In this document: piece after piece, positions 18,295 through 25,329 of the stretch
Layout of the letters: each line of letters opens with the position of its first letter
Position numbering within the stretch: position 1 is the first letter of the stretch
IMG/VR virus record: IMGVR_UViG_3300037465_000306
Span: 1 to 25,449 of that record
Direction: 5' to 3' (one strand)
DNA: 25,449 nt
Origin: a virus
Taxonomy: Duplodnaviria > Caudoviricetes
The notes under the pieces: generated by a model
What the model saw: only the letters and a program-made list of their open reading frames with translations
Told to the model about the DNA's origin: nothing
The model's database searches: none
Program-made: the position numbers and the translations under genes

Positions 18295-18636
18295 ATGGTG
18301 ATAATCGATCTAATTAATGATAATTCAATTGAGATAGGTGCTAATTATGAAGCATCTTTCAAATTATGTAATGCGCCTGATTTATCAGATGGGTATTCCG
18401 GATACTGTCAAATCCGAACCAATAACCAATCAAATCTAGTAATTCTATCGCCTAGAGTTAATATAGTGAGCAAAGATTTATTCACTATATCAATTGCTTT
18501 CAATGATTATCCAGTTGATATTATCGCAGGAAATTATCAATATGATGTCTTGTTTGCTAGCAGTACGACGGGTAATAGATTTTATGCTGTAGGAGGGAAA
18601 ATTCAGATAATAAAGAGAATAACTACAATAACCTAA
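18295..18636 (+). CDS. Small beta-rich virion protein (BppU N-terminal-like)
   Basis: 'IEIGA......DLSDGY....QIR.....GNYQYDV.....GKIQI...IT' pattern; the family call is tentative. Confidence 0.5.
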   Translation: MVIIDLINDNSIEIGANYEASFKLCNAPDLSDGYSGYCQIRTNNQSNLVILSPRVNIVSKDLFTISIAFNDYPVDIIAGNYQYDVLFASSTTGNRFYAVGGKIQIIKRITTIT

Positions 18637-18655
18637 CACTCTCCCAGGAATTTGG

Positions 18656-19117
18656 ATGACAATTACTGAATCATTTAGTGCGAATCTGCTAGAAAACAAA
18701 AAATCTGCTGAATTATTATGCGAATGTAAATCAGCAGAATTAGTTAAAGTCTTTGTAATCAATAATAACAATGGGAATCAGGGCGATCAACTAATATGGG
18801 TTACACAAATTAACAACTCAATCATCATTTTCAACCATGGGTACGATTGCAGGAATGATATAAGCAGAATAATCCTATCCCTGCCTACACAAATCCCATT
18901 AGATGGGAGTGTATTAGCATTTAAAAATAGTGGTATTGCCGGTTTCAGAATTCAGCAATCTGATATGAACCATAGAATCAGGTTAGGCAACACGACAACT
19001 ACTCTAGGTGTGGCGGGTGCAATCAACTCTTATGATTTAGGTGATTATCTCAAAATTGAATACATTATTGATGAATGGGTAGCAACTGAAATAATAGGTA
19101 ATCTAGAGGTTTTATGA
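18656..19117 (+). CDS. Fibre-associated protein, paralogous to the C-terminal domain of the next gene
   Basis: NHGY...LSLP...G.RIQQ...I.LG.TTT.G..G.I aligns by eye with DNGY...LTLP...GWRISQ...IHYLGTSTTAG..G.I of 19114..20205. Confidence 0.6.
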   Translation: MTITESFSANLLENKKSAELLCECKSAELVKVFVINNNNGNQGDQLIWVTQINNSIIIFNHGYDCRNDISRIILSLPTQIPLDGSVLAFKNSGIAGFRIQQSDMNHRIRLGNTTTTLGVAGAINSYDLGDYLKIEYIIDEWVATEIIGNLEVL

Positions 19118-20205
19118 CGTTTCAAAATAGCTGGAATAATACGTTAGTTGGTAATATTAAGACCGTTCTAGGTTCCGATGCTCAAGGGGATATTTATTAC
19201 AGAAACTCATCGGGAAACTTAGATAGATTGGGTATAGGATTATCAGGTCAAGCCCTACTTAGCTCTGGAACAATCCCAACATGGGGGAATCCCACGCCGG
19301 GTGGCAATGCGGGTGGTGATTTAGCGGGTACCTACCCAAATCCAACGATCGCCCTAAATACTGTAACTTTTGCAAAAATGCAAAATATCAGTAGTGGATT
19401 TCTATTAGGTCGTAATACTGCTGGTACGGGTTCCATTGAGGCGGTGGATTCCTCAACAGTTAGAAGTATACTAGGTTTGGGTAGCGCTGCTTTATTAAAC
19501 ACGGGATCATCAGTAGGTGACATACCTGTATTACAAAGCGGGGGTGTGCTTGATCCTTCTATCATTCCTAATATCGCTATTACTAGCATTCAAGTAGTAG
19601 CTGATCAAGCAGCTAGGTTAGGATTAATCGATGTTCAAGTAGGTGACATAGCGAAACAAACTGATAATGGGATCAGTTACATTCTGTCAGCCACCCCCGC
19701 CTCAACGGATTCTAACTGGATATCGATCGGTGATACCAGTATTGATGCATCAGAAATTGTATCAGGTATAATTGCACCTTCTAGATTGGGTAGTGGTACT
19801 GCTAGTTCATCATCCTACTTACGTGGTGATGGTGTGTGGTCAAGTGTTTCGGGTGGCTCCTCTTTTACCTGGAATAATGTAACAGGCACTACACAAGCAA
19901 TGTCGGCCGATAACGGGTATATTACAAATAATGCTGCTTTAGTAACTTTAACCTTACCAAGTACGGCAGCATTAGGAACAATTATAAAAGTTGCTGGCTT
20001 TGGGGCTGGTGGCTGGAGAATATCTCAAAATGCTTCACAGCAGATACATTATTTAGGGACATCGACAACAGCAGGTACAAGCGGAAGAATTGACGCGGAA
20101 TTAACTAATACAAATTCTTCTAAAGCTTCTCTAGAATTATTATGTGTTGTTGAAAATACTACATGGGTTGTGATAAATGGTGTAGGTACTGTTGATATAG
20201 TCTAG
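19114..20205 (+). CDS. Tail or head fibre protein
   Basis: G/S/T-rich; AGGDLAGTYPNPT, VTFAKMQN, LGLGSAA, RLGSGTASSSSYLRGDG.W fibre motifs. Confidence 0.8.
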   Translation: MTFQNSWNNTLVGNIKTVLGSDAQGDIYYRNSSGNLDRLGIGLSGQALLSSGTIPTWGNPTPGGNAGGDLAGTYPNPTIALNTVTFAKMQNISSGFLLGRNTAGTGSIEAVDSSTVRSILGLGSAALLNTGSSVGDIPVLQSGGVLDPSIIPNIAITSIQVVADQAARLGLIDVQVGDIAKQTDNGISYILSATPASTDSNWISIGDTSIDASEIVSGIIAPSRLGSGTASSSSYLRGDGVWSSVSGGSSFTWNNVTGTTQAMSADNGYITNNAALVTLTLPSTAALGTIIKVAGFGAGGWRISQNASQQIHYLGTSTTAGTSGRIDAELTNTNSSKASLELLCVVENTTWVVINGVGTVDIV

Positions 20206-20224
20206 TAAAGCTGCTTAATTGACC

Positions 20225-21217
20225 ATGAGTACACAAAATCCATCTGGCGATAGCGATAAAATCATCCTAATTAATGATATTGGTATAAAAACTGAGATTA
20301 TACCATCAGCAACAGAAAATCGTAGCCTATCTTTGCCTGATAAAGATGGCGTATTAGCTGTAACTTCAGATTATTTTACACCACAAACCATTGTATACAC
20401 TACACCCGGATCGTATACGTACACCATACCTAATGATGCTAATTATATACGTATGATTGTTATAGGTGGTGGTGGAGGTGGTGGAAGCGGGAGGAGGGGC
20501 GCAGTCTCAACCAGCCGAACTGGTGGGGGTGGTGGTGGAGGTGGTGGAGTGACCGACATCACCTATAGAAATATTGATATCCCTGGTTTTAATCTTAGTA
20601 TTACTGTCGGTGGAGGTGGTATAGGCGGGGCTGCGGTAAGTACTAATGATTCCAATGGAAATGGTGGCACTGCTGGTGGTAGTAGTCAAATCGTAGATAC
20701 TTCCTCTAGTAGAATTCTAGCTTTTGCTAGTGGTGGTGGGGGTGGAGGTGGTGGTACCGGATCAACTGGCGGATCAGCGGGATCCCCAGGTAATATAGCA
20801 ACTTATCCGGGATCTACTGGTGGACCTGGCGGTACTTCTGGCGGGACTGGTGGATCATATTCTAATATGAGTTGCGGCTCTGGTGGAGGCGGCGGGGCCG
20901 TGACTTCTTCCAACAACACAAATAGCGGGGGTGGAGGCGGTAAGGGTGGTTACGCTTATCAGGGAGGTTCCACAGTTGGGGGTGGTGGTGGAGGTACAGG
21001 GGCCGGGGGCGGCACTTTCGCCACCGTATATAATCCACCTATGCCTGGATCTGGTGGTGGTGGTGGTGGATCTAGCATATCTGCTAATAGTGGGAGTGGT
21101 GGAAATGGATCCTCACCTGGAGGAGGTGGTGGGGGTGGAGGTGCTGTCTTGAATGGATTTACAGCTAGTAAGGGTGGTAATGGTGGTACGGGTGCTGTAT
21201 ATATTTACGTTTGGTAA
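20225..21217 (+). CDS. Glycine-rich virion protein 1 (putative adhesin)
   Basis: TPGSYTYTIP...IGGGGGGGSG...ITVGGGG.GG...GGNGGTGAVYIYVW; start ATG 20225 preferred. Confidence 0.8.
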   Translation: MSTQNPSGDSDKIILINDIGIKTEIIPSATENRSLSLPDKDGVLAVTSDYFTPQTIVYTTPGSYTYTIPNDANYIRMIVIGGGGGGGSGRRGAVSTSRTGGGGGGGGGVTDITYRNIDIPGFNLSITVGGGGIGGAAVSTNDSNGNGGTAGGSSQIVDTSSSRILAFASGGGGGGGGTGSTGGSAGSPGNIATYPGSTGGPGGTSGGTGGSYSNMSCGSGGGGGAVTSSNNTNSGGGGGKGGYAYQGGSTVGGGGGGTGAGGGTFATVYNPPMPGSGGGGGGSSISANSGSGGNGSSPGGGGGGGGAVLNGFTASKGGNGGTGAVYIYVW

Positions 21218-21226
21218 TCATCAATT

Positions 21227-22261
21227 ATGGCTTATCAAAATCCTAGAGGGGATAGAAAAGATAAAATAAAAATCCTTGGTAATTCTATCAGTACTGATAT
21301 TAATACTGAAATTTTGCCAACGGCAACAGCTAATAGAACTATTACTACACCCAATAAAAACGGTGATCTCTTACTGAATGACGATATTTACACCCCCGCC
21401 TCTGAAACATTTCTATTGCCAGGTACATACAACTACACGATACCTGATGGCGCAAAATTAATTAGATTTATTTGCATAGGCGGTGGTGGAGGTGGTGGAA
21501 GTGGTAGGAAAGGTGCCACCTCTACAGTTCGTGGAGGGGGAGGCGGGGGCGCAGGAGGGAATATCACAGATCTAATATATAGAGTTGCAGATATTCCAAC
21601 CAAAGATTTAATAGTAACAGTCGGTGAAGGTGGTGCAGGCGGGGCCGCGGTAAGTACTATCGATACCAATGGAAATAATGGCACCATCGGCGGATCAAGC
21701 ACAATTATGGAATCCTCGACTAGTAGAATTTTAGCGATCGCCTCTGGTGGAAATGGTGGTAATTACGGCAACAACTCTAATGGTGGGGCCACAACTATTT
21801 TGAATACCTTAGGGTTGACTTATGCAGGTGGTAGCGGCGCTTCTGGCGGAGGATTTACAAACAATGCTGCTAATGGTGGCGCGACGGCCATGGGTACGGG
21901 TGGAGGTGGAGGTGGAGGTGGAATGTCCGCCGGTAACGTTTCACGTTTGCCGGGAAATGGGGGTAAGGGTGGGGTAAGTTATCAAGGTAGTAGTAGTAGT
22001 ATAACTGGCGGTTTGGCCGGGACCAACGGTACCACTGGTACTAATGGTAGTTCATTCACTATAGTTTATGGGCCGCCTATACCAGGCTCTGGTGGTGGAG
22101 GTGGTGGGAATGGTAACGGCGGTAGCGGCGGTAGCGGCGGGGATGGTACTTCACCTGGGGGTGGTGGTGGTGGAGGCGGGTCATGCTCAAATGATGAAGG
22201 TGCTATCGCCAATAAGGGTGGTGATGGTGCTGGGGGTGCTGTGTATATCTATACTTGGTGA
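21227..22261 (+). CDS. Glycine-rich virion protein 2, paralog of the previous gene
   Basis: Same architecture; ends GGDGAGGAVYIYTW. Confidence 0.8.
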   Translation: MAYQNPRGDRKDKIKILGNSISTDINTEILPTATANRTITTPNKNGDLLLNDDIYTPASETFLLPGTYNYTIPDGAKLIRFICIGGGGGGGSGRKGATSTVRGGGGGGAGGNITDLIYRVADIPTKDLIVTVGEGGAGGAAVSTIDTNGNNGTIGGSSTIMESSTSRILAIASGGNGGNYGNNSNGGATTILNTLGLTYAGGSGASGGGFTNNAANGGATAMGTGGGGGGGGMSAGNVSRLPGNGGKGGVSYQGSSSSITGGLAGTNGTTGTNGSSFTIVYGPPIPGSGGGGGGNGNGGSGGSGGDGTSPGGGGGGGGSCSNDEGAIANKGGDGAGGAVYIYTW

Positions 22262-22269
22262 TCAGAAAA

Positions 22270-22626
22270 ATGGGTTTAATCGATTTTGATCAAGCTTCAG
22301 CTTTAGTTAAGCAGCTTTACCCGAATGCGGCTGATCCTATGCTCTCATACGAGTTGGAGAATACAAAAGGTCAATTTTATAGACCCTATCTAATTTCAGC
22401 TAAATTCATGCTAGCTGAGTATAGGCAGCTAATAAAAGCCGATGAAGTAAGTTTTGCCTATGACATTATAAGGACTGCAAAAAATTTATTATCATTGCAA
22501 AAACTGATAGATAAAAATGATAATTCTATCCCTGAAGGTCAGTCAGTTGATGATATTTTAGGGGTAATAAATCATGTTGAATGTGAGAAATGTGTAAACG
22601 AAACTATAGGGATTAATATCTACTAG
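22270..22626 (+). CDS. Hypothetical protein, possible head-tail adaptor
   Basis: About 118 aa, helical, just upstream of the portal; ATG 22270 preferred over GTG 22255. Confidence 0.5.
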   Translation: MGLIDFDQASALVKQLYPNAADPMLSYELENTKGQFYRPYLISAKFMLAEYRQLIKADEVSFAYDIIRTAKNLLSLQKLIDKNDNSIPEGQSVDDILGVINHVECEKCVNETIGINIY

Positions 22627-24035
22627 TGATGACTGATGTACAATTTGATGTGAATAATTACGATGCTTCAGGCTTAATGCAGATCATGTCCCTGATGGCA
22701 AATAAAGCGGGAAGAATTGCGGATGATGATGGGTCTAATAAAACATTAACCGATCTGCAAATAGATGAGTTGTACGAAAATTCTAAATTAATTCAAAAAA
22801 TCATTAATAAGTATCCCGAAGAATTTAAAACATTAGGATATGAAATCAGAAATAGTTCTGGCGAATTAATAGAAAAAGATAACGATGTATTATTAGAATC
22901 TTTTAAAGATGCTTTAATTTCTAGTCGTTTGTATGGTCGTTCGTTCCTTAAATTAGAATTTGATGATTTTAATGATACAAAAATATTGAAGCGGGGTTCA
23001 AAACTGATAGGATATTCCCTACACTACGATCTCCACCAAGTAGGCGATTTTTTCAATATAGAATCGAAGCCCGTTCATTTTTCTCGTGTTATTGAATTTA
23101 TAGGTGTCAAAACCTATAAAAAGCACATCAAGAAAAATGACCCCAATTACTGTAGATCTGTTCTTCAATCGCTTTATGTGAGTTTCAGTAACTTCATTGA
23201 TAATAATTACAATGCTAAATATCTGCTAAATAATCTCTCATATTTAACTATAGGTATTGAAAATTTAGGAAATATGCAGATTAGTGACGAAGGTAAACGT
23301 ATTGTATTTGATCGCTTAACTGCTTTAAATATTAATAGAAGCATAAGCCGAATTATGGCCTATGATAAATCAAAAGAAGCGATAGGCTTCATCAGTCAGA
23401 CCTTAACAGGGGTTAATGATTTAGTTGAACAATCAAAATCAATATTAGCTAGTGAGTCTGATTATCCTGTATCAGAAATATTTGAAACTAATCAAAGTCA
23501 GGCTTTAGGTACTGGTATACAAAATCAGTTAGTGGCGCGTTATTTGTGGGCTAGGCGTGTTAGAAATTGGTCCATCAACAATGCGCTACCATATTTAAAA
23601 ATATATTTCAATCGCACCAGAGATATGAGTGAATTGGAAATATGGATTCCATTTATAGTTGATCTTACAGATGAGGAAAAGGCCGATATTGAAAAGAAAG
23701 CGGCGGATAGATCAAAAGTTTTAATTGATGCGGGTATCATATCGCCGGAAGAGGCCAGGAGTGGGTACAAAGGAGATATATTCACGCTAAATATCAAGCT
23801 AAATGATGCTGAATATCTAGCAAAAGACGATAAAGACGGTAAAGCTGCTTTACTGAAGGATATAAATAATGAGAAAAAGCTGAATCAAGAACAAAACACC
23901 CCCGCCTCTAACACTGACGCGGGGGCTGAAGTGATACCCGACGATAAATTCTGGGATGATTTAGCCACTATCACATCACACGATCTAGATTCGTTCGCCG
24001 AAAAAGTAATAAACGAGGCAGAAAGCGAAAGCTAG
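22626..24035 (+). CDS. Portal protein (DUF1073 family)
   Basis: 469 aa; LY....LIQKII.KYPEE, SRLYGRS, VHFSRV..F.G, SVLQ, LIDAGIISPEEAR; typically co-occurs with DUF2213 and DUF2184. Confidence 0.85.
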   Translation: MMTDVQFDVNNYDASGLMQIMSLMANKAGRIADDDGSNKTLTDLQIDELYENSKLIQKIINKYPEEFKTLGYEIRNSSGELIEKDNDVLLESFKDALISSRLYGRSFLKLEFDDFNDTKILKRGSKLIGYSLHYDLHQVGDFFNIESKPVHFSRVIEFIGVKTYKKHIKKNDPNYCRSVLQSLYVSFSNFIDNNYNAKYLLNNLSYLTIGIENLGNMQISDEGKRIVFDRLTALNINRSISRIMAYDKSKEAIGFISQTLTGVNDLVEQSKSILASESDYPVSEIFETNQSQALGTGIQNQLVARYLWARRVRNWSINNALPYLKIYFNRTRDMSELEIWIPFIVDLTDEEKADIEKKAADRSKVLIDAGIISPEEARSGYKGDIFTLNIKLNDAEYLAKDDKDGKAALLKDINNEKKLNQEQNTPASNTDAGAEVIPDDKFWDDLATITSHDLDSFAEKVINEAESES

Positions 24036-24090
24036 GGAAAAGAAAAATAATATGTTATCATGGTTTCATTTCTTGGTCAGGAATTTTACC

Positions 24091-24318
24091 ATGTTTTACA
24101 ATCTGATTAGCGCATTGGAAGATTTCACCAATTCCGGAGATGAGTACGACTACGAGTTTCTGAAAAATTCACTATTGATGCTTAACGATGATCAATTGAA
24201 ATTGGTATCGGAATTGATTGAAAGCATGTTGGATCAACAATTGATTGATCCCATATACAAAATGCGATTTATCCAAATACGTGATCTTGCAAATTCATGT
24301 TTAGTAGGGCAAAACTAA
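24091..24318 (+). CDS. Small hypothetical protein
   Basis: Co-oriented ORF filling the gap; start 24091 or 24052. Confidence 0.45.
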   Translation: MFYNLISALEDFTNSGDEYDYEFLKNSLLMLNDDQLKLVSELIESMLDQQLIDPIYKMRFIQIRDLANSCLVGQN

Positions 24319-25007
24319 ATATAGATGGTGTATTACCATCACAAATCTACTACGATCCCACTCTAAAACGATATCGATACAAAGGAGGTGGCAAAAACCA
24401 ACCAATCAGAGGGACATTTCTAAGCAGATCAGACGCGCTCAAGCTCCAAAAAGATTATCTGATGGAAGCTAAGGCGCGTTTTCTTGCTCTGACCCCCCGC
24501 ATCATGGCAGGAGAAATTGGAGTCTACAAAGAAGCGGGGGAGCTATTGAAAAGCATCCATTTGAGCAATGCTGTACTGGCTGCCAATGGTATCGACAAAC
24601 TAATCGATAGGGATTTGGGAACAATAGGAAGTATATTAAAGAAACAATACTATTCGGGTAGAAGTGATGACGGAAAACCCTACGGATTGAGACATCTTTT
24701 TATTGAGGTTCAGAATGGATCAGTCAGTGCAGCACAGTTGAGAAATAGATTGTCGATGTATGCGGAGGCGGGGGAAATATCAGGTAGTGTGGTAAAGCAA
24801 AATCAAGCCTATTCACAGGGTCTGACAGCCATGAGAAGGATAGATTCCGGTGATGATGCTGAGTGTGAGGATTGCGCTAGATATGCAGCTGCTGGATGGC
24901 AACCCATAGGTAATTTGCCTATTCCTAAAACTCAATGCAAATGCAGATCGAATTGCAGATGTAGAGTTATCTACGCACGGCTTGAGGATGTAGCACTAGG
25001 TAGTTGA
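24297..25007 (+). CDS. Head morphogenesis / minor capsid protein (Mu F-like C-terminus)
   Basis: C-terminal ECEDC...GWQPIG.LP.P...CKCRSNCRC; follows the portal. Confidence 0.7.
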   Translation: MFSRAKLNIDGVLPSQIYYDPTLKRYRYKGGGKNQPIRGTFLSRSDALKLQKDYLMEAKARFLALTPRIMAGEIGVYKEAGELLKSIHLSNAVLAANGIDKLIDRDLGTIGSILKKQYYSGRSDDGKPYGLRHLFIEVQNGSVSAAQLRNRLSMYAEAGEISGSVVKQNQAYSQGLTAMRRIDSGDDAECEDCARYAAAGWQPIGNLPIPKTQCKCRSNCRCRVIYARLEDVALGS

Positions 25008-25020
25008 TGTGTGCTACAAT
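24989..25020 (+). promoter_or_regulatory. Promoter with an 8-bp inverted-repeat operator
   Basis: TGTAGCAC (24989-24996), 14 nt, GTGCTACA (25011-25018); extended -10 TGcTACAAT (25012-25020). Confidence 0.5.
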
Positions 25021-25039
25021 AGTGTTGATGATTGGTAAG

Positions 25040-25288
25040 ATGATCAACATTATGAACACCAAAAAACAAACAAATAAAAAGAGAAAAGACACGAGTTTAT
25101 CGAGAATCGACAAATACGTGTCTTTTTTCCGCAAAAACCCCGACAAAAAATACACCGTCAAAGAGATTTTCGATAAATTCCCATTTAACACAGACATGAA
25201 TCAAGTAAGACTAACTCTAGAAAAAGGAAAAATAAATGGCAAAGTGAAATCAACTATTACTGAGGCGGGGGTAACTTATCATCTGTAG
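25040..25288 (+). CDS. Small basic protein, possible winged-helix DNA-binding protein
   Basis: Lys-rich; 'FFRKNPDKKYTVKEI......QVRLTL...KINGKV......VTYHL' fits a wHTH layout. Start uncertain (25028, 25040 or 25052). Confidence 0.5.
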   Translation: MINIMNTKKQTNKKRKDTSLSRIDKYVSFFRKNPDKKYTVKEIFDKFPFNTDMNQVRLTLEKGKINGKVKSTITEAGVTYHL

Positions 25289-25329
25289 GTTTAGCTATTT
25301 ATCAATGTTAGTGAATTAGTTGAAATTAT

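Larger units (their letters stand above)
3118..21741. repeat. HIP1 octamers GCGATCGC (6 seen)
   Basis: At 3118, 7338, 14117, 16711, 16813, 21734. Confidence 0.85.
398..23853. repeat. Dispersed repeat B: 15-bp palindrome GTWAAGCWGCTTWAC, about 13-14 copies
   Basis: Starts at 398, 2340, 4405, 6655, 8532, 10425, 11440, 13565, 15505, 15548, 18261, 20205, 22306, 23839; a few lack one terminal base. Confidence 0.92.
426..25270. repeat. Dispersed repeat A: CCCCGC(C/A/T)TC, about 37 copies
   Basis: Manual count. Starts near 426, 439, 1772, 2246, 2264, 2312, 3356, 4426, 4441, 5748, 5763, 6612, 7222, 8504, 8581, 9638, 9758, 10253, 10840, 11597, 12820, 13634, 13695, 15471, 15534, 15576, 15972, 18110, 19695, 21394, 21540, 22988, 23900, 24495, 24531, 24765, 25262. 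Confidence 0.92.

Noticed and set aside
20219-22261. Diversity-generating retroelement TR/VR pair
   Set aside because: The paralogs differ at all base types along their whole length, and no reverse transcriptase is present.
22626-24035. Anti-CBASS Acb1 function
   Set aside because: DUF1073 proteins are sometimes given this label, but size and context indicate a portal, and I see no paired HxT/S phosphoesterase motifs.
1063-25197. Antisense or nested ORFs in the track (e.g. 1063..1386, 2172..2513, 5153..5710, 14336..14911, 15487..15678, 20931..21152, 24967..25197)
   Set aside because: They overlap well-supported genes or repeat regions and have no motifs; treated as shadow ORFs.
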